Shown: positions 37,475 through 46,033 of the stretch, one piece after another
Numbering within the stretch: the first letter of the stretch is position 1
How the letters are laid out: every line of letters starts with the position of its first letter
Assembly: GCA_965368975.1 (NCBI GenBank)
Contig: CBDUPA010000011.1
Span: 96,001-160,000, forward strand
DNA length: 64,000 nucleotides
Source of the DNA: an uncultured bacterium
GTDB lineage: Bacteria > Acidobacteriota > Thermoanaerobaculia > Multivoradales > JAHZIX01
Direction: 5' to 3'
The notes under the pieces: model-generated
What the model was told of the DNA's origin: nothing
Seen by the model: the letters and a program-made list of their open reading frames with translations, nothing else
The model's database searches: none
Made by a program: the position numbers and the translations under genes

Positions 37475-40294
37475 TTGAGCCGAAAAATGCTGATCAACGC
37501 GCAGCATCCCGAGCAGCTGCGCGTCGCCGTCGTGGATGGAACTGCCCTCGACGCCTACGAGATCGAGGTCGCCGAGTCCGGTGTCAGCCGCGGCAACATC
37601 TACCGCGGTGTCATCGCCTCCATTGAACCCAGCCTCAACGCTGCCTTCATCGAGTACGGAGCTGAGCGTCACGGCTTCCTCTCGGGCGACGACCTGGTGC
37701 CCGACGCCTACCACCGCAAGCCGCCCAAGGACGAGCGTCGGCCGCGCGTCGAGCAGGTGCTGGAGCGGGGCAAGCCGGTGCTGATTCAGGTGGTCAAGGA
37801 CGCCCTGGGCCGCAAGGGCGCGGCCATGACCACCAGCCTGACCCTGGCCGGCCGCTACCTGGTGCTGACGCCCTTCGACCCGACCATCGGCGTGTCGCGC
37901 AAGGTCGACGACGAGGCGTCGCGCAAACAGCTGCGCGAGCGTCTCGACGGTCTCACCCTGCCCGACGGCTGCGGCGTCATCGCGCGCACCAATGCGCTGC
38001 AGCAGACCAAGGCGACTCTCAACCGCGACCTCAATGCCCTGCTGCGGCTATGGAAGCGGGTCAGCGGAGAAGCCTCGTCCGGCCGCGGTCCACGGTTGCT
38101 CTACAGCGATCAGGACCTGGTGGTGCAGGCACTGCGCGACCACCTGGACAACACGATCGACGAACTGGTGGTCGATAGCGACGATGTCCTCAAGAAGGCT
38201 GAGCGCTATATCAAGGCCTTCCTGCCGCGCACCAAGATCAAGGTGACGCGCTACGAAGAGCGCATTCCGCTGTTTGCCCGCTATCACCTGGAATCCGAGG
38301 TCGACAAGATCTACGCGCGCGAGGTGTCTCTGTCGTGCGGTGGTGCCATCGTCATCGACCGCACCGAAGCGCTGACCGCGATCGACGTCAACTCCGGCAA
38401 GTCGAGCAAGGGCGGAGGGCACGAGGAGACCGTGCTGCGCGCCAACCTGGAGGCCGCGGAAGAAATCGCTCGCCATCTGCGGCTGCGTGACATCGGTGGC
38501 CTGGTCATCGTCGACTTCATCGACATGCGCTTCCGCAAGAACCAGCGCAAGGTCGAGCAGGTCATGCGTCAGGCGGTCAAGCCGGACCGCGCGCGCATCA
38601 AGCTCGAACGGTTGTCCCCCAACGGCTTGATGGAGATCAACCGGCAGCGCATGAAGCAGCAGCTACAGCTGCAGACGCACCGCGCCTGCCCTACCTGCGG
38701 TGGTGCCGGTGTCATCGCCAGCCGGGATTTCGTCAGTCTCAGCGTGCTACGTCGGATCGAAGCGCGTGCCGCCGCGGGTGGGCTCAAGGCAGTGCGCATC
38801 GCGCTGCACCCCGAGCTGGCCGACTCCCTGCAGAACGGCAGGCGTGGCGAGCTGGCGGCGCTGGAGCAAGAGTTCGGCATCCGCATCGAGATCATTTCGG
38901 GTGCCGGCCTACATCGCTCGGAGGAGCAAGTCGAGTGGCTACGCCGCGAGCCAGGTAAAGACGCCCCCAAGCCCAGCCGGCCGGTACGCCCGGCGATCAC
39001 CGCGTCCGACCTGGTTAGCGACGACGACGAAAGTTCGGACTCGAACGAGGCTGGGGGCGAGCGCAAGAAGTCGCGTCGCCGCCGCCGTCGTCGTCGTCGG
39101 CGGGGCGGGGATCAGGACGAGGCAACGGGCCAGCAGGCCGAGACTGGTGCCGCGTCGACCGCCGACGATGTCGAGTCGCGCGCGCCCGAGCCGGACCACG
39201 ACGGTGACAAAGCCAGTGACAAGGACGGTGACGAGCAGGATGCTGCCAAGAGTGGTCGCCGGCGCCGCAGTCGCTCGCGTCGCGGACGTTCGCGTCGCTC
39301 GCCGGGAGACGGCCAGACCACGGACGGAGAAGCCGGCGACGCTCCCACCGAGGATACCGAGGACAGGCGGTCCCGCCGCGGTGGTCGCTCACGCGAGTCC
39401 GACAGGTCCCCCGATGACAGGTCCGCCAGTGATAGGTCCCCCAGTGATAGGCCCACCAGTGACGGGCCCACCGATGACGGGCCTACCCGGGACAGGCCCA
39501 CTCGGGACAGGCCTACGCGGGACAGGCCTACGCGGGACAGGCCCACCAGGGATAGGCCTACCAGGGACAGATCGAGCCGCGACACGCCGTCCCGTGGCGA
39601 CCAGCCCGAAGACGGCCGCGACAGGCCAAAGGAAAAGGCAGACGATGGCGATTCTCCGTCCACGGCCGAGGAGCGCAAGCCTCGCCGCCGCAGCCGCGCG
39701 CGCCGCCGCCCTACAGAGGCGGACAACGGAGCCGGAACGGAAGGCTCGCACGACTCCGAAAGTTCCTCCACGTCAGAGCGCGCACCGCAGTCAGAGCGTG
39801 AACCTCAGTCGGAGCGCGCACCCCAGTCGGAGCGCGCACGGTCAGGGCGCGCCCGCAGATCCGAGCGAGCACCTAGGTCAGACCGAGCACCCAGGTCAGA
39901 AGAAAACTCGTCCAGGTCCGAGTCCGTGTCCGCGGACGCTCCTGCCGCTGGCGAGTCCGCGGTGAGGCTGTTTGCACCAAAGCCGGCAGCCCAAGACGCG
40001 CCCGAAGCCCGAGAGCCGCAAGAAGATGGCGGTACGAGCAGCGAGGGTCGTCTGCGTCCACCGCGTCGCCGCCCCGTGCGCCGTCGCCCCAAGAGCGAAA
40101 CGGCGTCAGATGCCTCGACCTCGGCGGCCGAGCCTTCGAAGGGACAGTCGAAGGAGTCCTCGACAGGGACTGCCGCTGCCGGTGGTGGTGACGAAGCGCC
40201 TGCTGACAAGCCCGTGCGCCGTCGTCGCACCGCGGCACCGCCGCGGCGTCGAACCCGCAAACCACCCGAGGGCCAGGACGGGCAAGACGACTGA
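37475..40294 (+). CDS. rne: Ribonuclease E (Rne/Rng family) with long disordered C-terminus
   Basis: GNIYRG..IEPSLNAAFIEYG, AIDVNSG, LRDIGGLVIVDFIDM, Zn-link CPTC; about 450 aa Arg/Asp/Ser-rich tail. Confidence 0.93.
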   Translation: MSRKMLINAQHPEQLRVAVVDGTALDAYEIEVAESGVSRGNIYRGVIASIEPSLNAAFIEYGAERHGFLSGDDLVPDAYHRKPPKDERRPRVEQVLERGKPVLIQVVKDALGRKGAAMTTSLTLAGRYLVLTPFDPTIGVSRKVDDEASRKQLRERLDGLTLPDGCGVIARTNALQQTKATLNRDLNALLRLWKRVSGEASSGRGPRLLYSDQDLVVQALRDHLDNTIDELVVDSDDVLKKAERYIKAFLPRTKIKVTRYEERIPLFARYHLESEVDKIYAREVSLSCGGAIVIDRTEALTAIDVNSGKSSKGGGHEETVLRANLEAAEEIARHLRLRDIGGLVIVDFIDMRFRKNQRKVEQVMRQAVKPDRARIKLERLSPNGLMEINRQRMKQQLQLQTHRACPTCGGAGVIASRDFVSLSVLRRIEARAAAGGLKAVRIALHPELADSLQNGRRGELAALEQEFGIRIEIISGAGLHRSEEQVEWLRREPGKDAPKPSRPVRPAITASDLVSDDDESSDSNEAGGERKKSRRRRRRRRRRGGDQDEATGQQAETGAASTADDVESRAPEPDHDGDKASDKDGDEQDAAKSGRRRRSRSRRGRSRRSPGDGQTTDGEAGDAPTEDTEDRRSRRGGRSRESDRSPDDRSASDRSPSDRPTSDGPTDDGPTRDRPTRDRPTRDRPTRDRPTRDRPTRDRSSRDTPSRGDQPEDGRDRPKEKADDGDSPSTAEERKPRRRSRARRRPTEADNGAGTEGSHDSESSSTSERAPQSEREPQSERAPQSERARSGRARRSERAPRSDRAPRSEENSSRSESVSADAPAAGESAVRLFAPKPAAQDAPEAREPQEDGGTSSEGRLRPPRRRPVRRRPKSETASDASTSAAEPSKGQSKESSTGTAAAGGGDEAPADKPVRRRRTAAPPRRRTRKPPEGQDGQDD
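39401..39580 (+). repeat. 15-bp tandem repeat, about 12 units, encoding (DRPTR)-like pentapeptides
   Basis: gacaggcctacgcgg-like units from gacaggtcccccgat (39401) to gacagatcgagccgc. Confidence 0.9.
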
Positions 40295-40519
40295 GCCTGG
40301 GCCTTGGCCGGCTGTCGGACGGCAGGGACCGAAAGGCCCCGCGTGGTATATTGATCGATCCACCAGGCGTGCCGCCGAGCTTGCCTGCTACTTGGAGTGC
40401 GCCCGGGTACGCAGCCCGTGGGCACCAGCTTGCAGCCACCGGCAACTCGACATCCTCCGCGCGCCGTAACAGCCACCCCCCACTCCGTCACGAGCACGAT
40501 CAGGAAGGACGATCCCGCA

Positions 40520-41071
40520 ATGAGTGCCCGACGCTTGATGAACAACATCTACTACTTCACGATCGAAGACGAAGGAATTCTCTCCGAGGCCTTCAACCGC
40601 ATCGAGAGCGACGTCTTCGCCATTACCTACAAGGTCAAGGGCACCGAGGACGTCTTCGTCGCCACCAGCGACACCAAGGATGCCATGGACCGCAACGACA
40701 TCCCGTACAACTTACTGGCCAAGGAAGATGGCTCGCGCATCGCGCTCTACCACACGGCGCTGTCGCGCGAAGAGCTGGAGAATTTCGAGGACTCCTTGAA
40801 GACCCTGGTCCTGGCACACCGTGGCATCGGCATGGCGTGTGTCGGTGTCAACGGTGAGAGTAACCTCGGCTTCGACCTGAGCAAGAAGGGCGCCAAGCAG
40901 TACACCTACTTCACCGCGCCCGCCGGCCATACCTTCATCTGGCGGGTCTTCCACGAGAAGGAAGAGGCGCGCGCATTCATGACCAAGCTGTTCATGGGCG
41001 ACCACCAGGCGATGGAGTGGGTCGAAGGCATGCAGCTGAACTCGTCGACCGAGCTGGCTTCTTTCCACTGA
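40520..41071 (+). CDS. Hypothetical cytoplasmic protein (183 aa), unknown family
   Basis: GGAAGGA RBS-like sequence, strong GC3 codon bias, globular composition; followed by hairpin. Confidence 0.75.
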   Translation: MSARRLMNNIYYFTIEDEGILSEAFNRIESDVFAITYKVKGTEDVFVATSDTKDAMDRNDIPYNLLAKEDGSRIALYHTALSREELENFEDSLKTLVLAHRGIGMACVGVNGESNLGFDLSKKGAKQYTYFTAPAGHTFIWRVFHEKEEARAFMTKLFMGDHQAMEWVEGMQLNSSTELASFH

Positions 41072-41079
41072 TGTGCTGT

Positions 41080-41100
41080 CCATGGGCGCGTCGCCCATGG
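41080..41100. terminator. Hairpin after hypothetical gene (terminator-like, short U tract)
   Basis: CCATGGGCG-CGT-CGCCCATGG. Confidence 0.45.
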
Positions 41101-41157
41101 TTACGCGATCCGTTGCCGCCGTCCGGGGGTTGCTCCCTCGGTAGAGGGTGCTGAGTT

Positions 41158-42627
41158 TTGCACGGGGCCAATCACCAGGAGCCGACGTACACCGTCTCGC
41201 AGCTGTGCGGTGACATCCAGAGCTTCGTCAATGAAGCGTTCTACTCCGTCTGGATCACGGGTGAGCTGCAGCGCGTGCGCGCCAGTGCCCGGGGCCATCT
41301 CTACTTCGAGCTGGTCGAGAAGGGCCAGGGAGATCAGATCGTCGGCAAGCTCGACGGGGTCATCTGGCGCACCGACTATCAGCGCGTCCAGCGGTTGTTG
41401 CGCCAGGCTGGTCAACGTCTCACCGATGGCCTGGAGATTCGCTGCCGCGGCAATCTCGATTTCTGGGCTCCCGCCGGCCGGCTGCAGCTGGTCGTACGAG
41501 AAGTGGACGCCACCTTTACTCTCGGTCTGCTCGAGCAGCGCCGTCGCCAGACGCTCGAAACCCTGCAGCAAGCCGGGTTGCTGCAGCGCAACCGCCAGCT
41601 GGTGTTGCCACCGGTCCCGTTGTGTATCGGCCTGGTGACCTCCGAAGGTAGCGCCGCCTACCACGACTTCCTGAGTGGCCTCGAGGCCAGTGGCTACGGC
41701 TTCCGCGTGCTCTTTGCCCATGCAGCGGTGCAGGGACCGGGAGCCGAGCGGCAGCTGGTGAAGGCGCTGCAGCGTCTGGCTCGGGTCGAGATCGACAGCT
41801 CCGAGAGCGGACGCCTGGACGCCGTCGTGGTGATCCGCGGCGGCGGAGCGCGCTCGGACTTGGCCGTCTTCGACAGCCGTGCGGTCGCTGAAGCGGTGGC
41901 TCGTGCACCGTTCCCTGTGGTCAGCGGTCTCGGTCACGAGATCGACCGCTCGATCACCGACGTGGTGGCCCACAGCGCGGTCAAGACGCCGACGCAGGCC
42001 GCTGAATTCCTGATCGAGCAAGTCGCCAGCGTCGAGGCCGTAGTCGACGACCTGCGGCGGCGCCTGCGGCGCGAGGCGGCCGAACCACTGCGCGCGGCGC
42101 GCCAGCGCATCACTGCTGCTGAGCAGGGTCTGCGCCGAGCCGGTGTGCGCGTCCGTGCGGCGGCGCATCGGCTGTCCGAACTGGCTCGCTTGCTCGACCG
42201 TCTCGGTCGCCGTAACCTGCGCGACGCCGAGCGAGCCTGCGACCGTCTACGCCAGCGGCTGCGCACCGAAACTCCCCGCTATCTGGGCCGCCAGCGCCAG
42301 CGGCCGCGCCAGGCTGCCGAGCGCATCGCCGCGCTCGGCCGGGCGCACGTACGGCGCGCTCAGATCACCGTCGACGGCCTGACGCGGCTGACGGAAGGTC
42401 TCTCTCCTCAGCGAACCCTGGAGCGTGGCTTCTCGATCACCCGCGCCGCCGATGGCACCCTGCTCCGGTCAGCCGACCAGGTACAGCCGGGAGCCACCCT
42501 GAGAACCCGCCTGGCGCACGGCGAACTGCGCAGTCAGTTGCTGGATTGGCAGTTGCTAGATCGGCAGTTACAAGATCAGCAGCTGGAAGCCACTGAGACG
42601 ACACCGCCAGTAACGACGGAAGAGTGA
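41158..42627 (+). CDS. xseA: Exodeoxyribonuclease VII large subunit
   Basis: TVSQL, GHLYFEL, IGLVTSEGSAAYHDF, AVQG, RGGG, SGLGHEID, TPTQAA, LSPQRTLERGFSI. Confidence 0.94.
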   Translation: MHGANHQEPTYTVSQLCGDIQSFVNEAFYSVWITGELQRVRASARGHLYFELVEKGQGDQIVGKLDGVIWRTDYQRVQRLLRQAGQRLTDGLEIRCRGNLDFWAPAGRLQLVVREVDATFTLGLLEQRRRQTLETLQQAGLLQRNRQLVLPPVPLCIGLVTSEGSAAYHDFLSGLEASGYGFRVLFAHAAVQGPGAERQLVKALQRLARVEIDSSESGRLDAVVVIRGGGARSDLAVFDSRAVAEAVARAPFPVVSGLGHEIDRSITDVVAHSAVKTPTQAAEFLIEQVASVEAVVDDLRRRLRREAAEPLRAARQRITAAEQGLRRAGVRVRAAAHRLSELARLLDRLGRRNLRDAERACDRLRQRLRTETPRYLGRQRQRPRQAAERIAALGRAHVRRAQITVDGLTRLTEGLSPQRTLERGFSITRAADGTLLRSADQVQPGATLRTRLAHGELRSQLLDWQLLDRQLQDQQLEATETTPPVTTEE

Positions 42628-42650
42628 CCGTGAAGAGTGACGGAGGAATC

Positions 42651-42896
42651 ATGAGCCAAGACAATACGGACGGCCCCAGCTTCAACGAAGCGCTGGAAGA
42701 ACTCGAAGGCATCCTCGAGCGCATCGAAGGTGAGGAAATCGACATTGACAGCCTTGCTACAGAGCTTGGCCGCGGCTCCGAATTGCTGGATCTTTGCAGG
42801 TCCAAGATCCGAAAAGCAGAACTCGAAGTGCTGCAGATCGTAGAAAGACTAGAAGATCCCGTTTCGGAAGCGGATCCCAGCGACCCTGAAACCTAA
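42651..42896 (+). CDS. xseB: Exodeoxyribonuclease VII small subunit
   Basis: SFNEALEELEGILERIEGEEIDIDSL...C..KIRKAE; GGAGG RBS before ATG 42651. Confidence 0.93.
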   Translation: MSQDNTDGPSFNEALEELEGILERIEGEEIDIDSLATELGRGSELLDLCRSKIRKAELEVLQIVERLEDPVSEADPSDPET

Positions 42897-42997
42897 CTCC
42901 AACAGCCAATACTCCTAGCTGTGGTAGGCTTCCGACCCCCACATACGAATACCGGCTTGGGTACTGTGCCGGTCTGAAAATAGCCGAGGTCCGAATC

Positions 42998-43768
42998 ATG
43001 CGCGAGTTCCTCGACGCCCTGCTTGCCTATCCAACCGTGATCTATACCTCGTTGATGGGGTTGAGCTTGCTCTACTGGTTCACGGTCATCCTGGGTTTTC
43101 TCGACCTCGATCTATTCGATCTCGACGCTGATCTCGACGTCGGCCTCGACGGAGCGGTGGATGGCGCGCTCGATGGTGCCATCGACGGTGTCGCCGAGGG
43201 GGCCGCCGAGGGAGCCCTGGAAGTCGCGGAAGGGGCGGGTGCCGATGCGCTGCAGGAGCCGGATCTGGACCTCGACGCCGACAGTCCGGGCGGCATCGCA
43301 GGCATCCTGTACGCACTGGGCCTGGCCGGCGTGCCGTTGACCATCTCGCTGAGTCTGGTCGTGTTGGTCGGCTGGGTGGTCAGCTACTACGGCATGGTGC
43401 TGGTCGGTGGCTTGCTACCGGCGACAGCCGAGGGCGGTATTCTCGAAATCATCCTGGGTAGCGGGGTCGGTCTGGTGGCCTTGGTGGCCGGCCTGACCGT
43501 AACTCGCTTTGCAGTTGTCCCTCTGAAACCCGTATTCGTTACCCAACAGGCGTCTCGGCGCCGAGACTTCGTAGGCAAGTTGTGCACGGTCACCACCTCC
43601 CGGGTCAGTAGTGACTTCGGTCAGGGCGAGATCGCCGATGGCGGTTCCGTCCTGCTGGTACAGATCCGAGTCCGGGACGAGGCTGAGCTGCATCGGGGCG
43701 ACAATGCCCTGGTCTACGAGTACGACGCCGAAGATGAGGTGTACTACGTGATTCCGGCCGACTCCTGA
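42998..43768 (+). CDS. YqiJ/NfeD-like membrane protein (TM helices, acidic loop, C-terminal OB fold)
   Basis: YPTVIYT..L.YW, GVPLTI, GKLCTVTTSRVSSDFGQGEI..GG; sits directly upstream of flotillin. Confidence 0.8.
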   Translation: MREFLDALLAYPTVIYTSLMGLSLLYWFTVILGFLDLDLFDLDADLDVGLDGAVDGALDGAIDGVAEGAAEGALEVAEGAGADALQEPDLDLDADSPGGIAGILYALGLAGVPLTISLSLVVLVGWVVSYYGMVLVGGLLPATAEGGILEIILGSGVGLVALVAGLTVTRFAVVPLKPVFVTQQASRRRDFVGKLCTVTTSRVSSDFGQGEIADGGSVLLVQIRVRDEAELHRGDNALVYEYDAEDEVYYVIPADS

Positions 43769-43809
43769 GGCGCGAAGGCGCCCAGTCAGCCGAGAAAGGA
43801 TAGCAATCG

Positions 43810-45930
43810 ATGGAAATGGCGTTCCTGAGCGGATTCGTACTGCTGATCGTCGTGGTCGGCATTCTCGTCATGGTGGCGCGGTTCTACCGCAAGGTCGACC
43901 AGGGCAAGGCGCTGATCATCAACAAGATGGGCAAGGAGCCGGTGGTCACCTTCACTGGTGGTGTGGTGCTACCCATCATCCACAAGGCCGAGGTGATGGA
44001 CATTTCGGTCAAGACGATCGAAATCGACCGTCGTGGCTATGAAGGCCTGATCTGCCAGGACAACATCCGGGCCGACATCAAGGTGACCTTCTTCGTGCGC
44101 GTCAACAAGACGCAGGATGACGTGATCAAAGTCGCGCAGGCCATCGGTTGTGCCCGCGCCTCGGACCAGTCGACGCTCGAAGAGCTGTTCAGCGCCAAGT
44201 TCTCCGAGGCGCTCAAGACCGTCGGTAAGCAGCTCGAGTTCGAGGGGCTCTACACCAAGCGTGACGACTTCCGTGACCAGATCATCGCGGTCATCGGCCG
44301 CGACCTCAACGGCTACGTGCTCGAAGACGCCGCCATCGACTTCCTGGAGCAGACGCCGCTCGACAAGCTCGACCCCAAGAACATCCTGGACGCCCAGGGT
44401 ATCCGCAAGATCACCGAGCTGACCGCCGGTGAGAACGTGCGCACCAACGCCTACCGCAACGACGAGAAAAAGCTGATCAAGAAGCAAGACGTCGAGGCGC
44501 GCGAGGCGATCTTGGAATTGGAACGGCAGGAAGCCGACGCCGAGGCCAAGCAGCAGCGTGAGATCAACAGCGTCAAGGCTCGCGAGACCGCCGAGACGCA
44601 GAAGATCCAGGCTGAGGAGACGCTGAAGTCCGAGAATGCTCGGATCAAGGCTGAAGAAGAGATCGCGGTCAACGAAGAAAACAAGAAGCGCCAGGTGGAA
44701 GTGGCGGTCAAGAACCGCGAGCGGGTGGTCGCTGTCGAAACCGAGCGGGTCGAGAAGGATCGCGCACTGGAGGCGATTGTCCGTGAGCGTGAGGTTGAGC
44801 TGCAGCGCATCGCCAAGGAAAAAGAACTCGAGAAAGAAAAGCGCGAGATCGCGGACGTGATCCGCGAGCGCATCGCCGTCGATCGCACCGTGGCCGAGGA
44901 AGAGGAACGCATCAAGGCGTTGCGCGTGGTCGAAGAGGCTGAGCGCAACAAGCAGGCGGCGGTGATCACCGCCACCGCGGAGGCCGAAGAGCTGCTGGTA
45001 CGCGACATCAAGGCGGCGGAGGCCTCCGAGATCGCGTCGCAGCACAAAGCCAAGGAACGCTTGATCCTGGCTGAAGCCGAGCTGGAAGCAGCAGACAAGC
45101 ACGCGCGGGCCAAGATCCGGCTGGCCGAGGGCGATCAGGCCGAGGCGGCAGCTGCCGGTCTGGCCGAGGTCAAGGTCAAGGAAGCCGACGCCGTGGCCGT
45201 CGAGAAGCTGGGCATGGCGCAAAAGCGCGTCCGCGAAGCCGACGCCGAAGCCGCCGAGAAGGTCGGCCGCGCCGAAGCCACCGTGCTGCGCGAGAAGGCC
45301 ACCGCCGAGGCGCAGGGCATCGAAGAAAAGGGCCTGGCCGGTATCAAGGTCAAGGAAGCCGACGCAGCCGCAATCGAGAAAACCGGCCAGGCGGAGGCTA
45401 CGGCCAAGCGTGCCTACCTGGAAGCCGAGGCCGCCGGTCTCACCGAAAAGGCGCAGGCCATGCGCCAGCTCGACGACGCCAGCCGCCAGCACGAGGAGTA
45501 TCGTCTGCGGCTGGAAATCGACCGCGACGTGGCGCTCAGCGAGATCAACGCCCGCCGCGAGGTCGCCGAAGCACAGGCGCGTATCCTCGGCGAGGCGCTC
45601 GAGCAGGCCAACATCGACATCGTCGGTGGCGACAGCATCTTCGTGGATCGCCTCGTACAGTCGATCGCCTGGGGCAAGTCGGTCGACAGCTTCGTCGACC
45701 GCAGCGAGAACGCGCAGGCGGTGCTAGGCGACTACCTGAGTGGCAAGGCGAGCTTGCCAGCGGATCTCAAGCAAGCGCTGGGCGGGATCTCCACCAGCGA
45801 CGTCTCCAACCTCACCGTCGCGGCCTTCATCGCCCGCCTGATGTCCGGAACGTCGGGCGAGCAGCGCGACAAGCTGGAGCAACTGCTCGGCCAGGCTCGG
45901 GCGCTGGGCATCGACAAGACGCGCAGCTGA
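43810..45930 (+). CDS. SPFH/flotillin-family protein (YqiK-like)
   Basis: N-terminal TM; FYRKVDQGKALI, GLICQDNIRADIKVTFFVRVN; long AEA-rich coiled coil; IDIVGGD. Confidence 0.9.
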   Translation: MEMAFLSGFVLLIVVVGILVMVARFYRKVDQGKALIINKMGKEPVVTFTGGVVLPIIHKAEVMDISVKTIEIDRRGYEGLICQDNIRADIKVTFFVRVNKTQDDVIKVAQAIGCARASDQSTLEELFSAKFSEALKTVGKQLEFEGLYTKRDDFRDQIIAVIGRDLNGYVLEDAAIDFLEQTPLDKLDPKNILDAQGIRKITELTAGENVRTNAYRNDEKKLIKKQDVEAREAILELERQEADAEAKQQREINSVKARETAETQKIQAEETLKSENARIKAEEEIAVNEENKKRQVEVAVKNRERVVAVETERVEKDRALEAIVREREVELQRIAKEKELEKEKREIADVIRERIAVDRTVAEEEERIKALRVVEEAERNKQAAVITATAEAEELLVRDIKAAEASEIASQHKAKERLILAEAELEAADKHARAKIRLAEGDQAEAAAAGLAEVKVKEADAVAVEKLGMAQKRVREADAEAAEKVGRAEATVLREKATAEAQGIEEKGLAGIKVKEADAAAIEKTGQAEATAKRAYLEAEAAGLTEKAQAMRQLDDASRQHEEYRLRLEIDRDVALSEINARREVAEAQARILGEALEQANIDIVGGDSIFVDRLVQSIAWGKSVDSFVDRSENAQAVLGDYLSGKASLPADLKQALGGISTSDVSNLTVAAFIARLMSGTSGEQRDKLEQLLGQARALGIDKTRS

Positions 45931-45937
45931 GTCCGTG

Positions 45938-46004
45938 CACGGCCACGCTCCAGCTCACCCCGAGGCCCCGTGAGGCCTCAGGGTGAGCCGTGAGCGTCGC
46001 CGTG
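45938..46004 (+). other. Long intergenic stem-loop between flotillin and ATPase genes
   Basis: Nested pairings CACGGC/GCCGTG, ACGCTC/GAGCGT, GCTCACCC/GGGTGAGC, GAGGCC/GGCCTC. Confidence 0.75.
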
Positions 46005-46033
46005 GGCATCACCGCGACTAACTAGGCATAGCC

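Noticed and set aside
39401-39580. Possible CRISPR array
   Set aside because: Contiguous 15-bp in-frame coding repeats with no unique spacers and no cas genes
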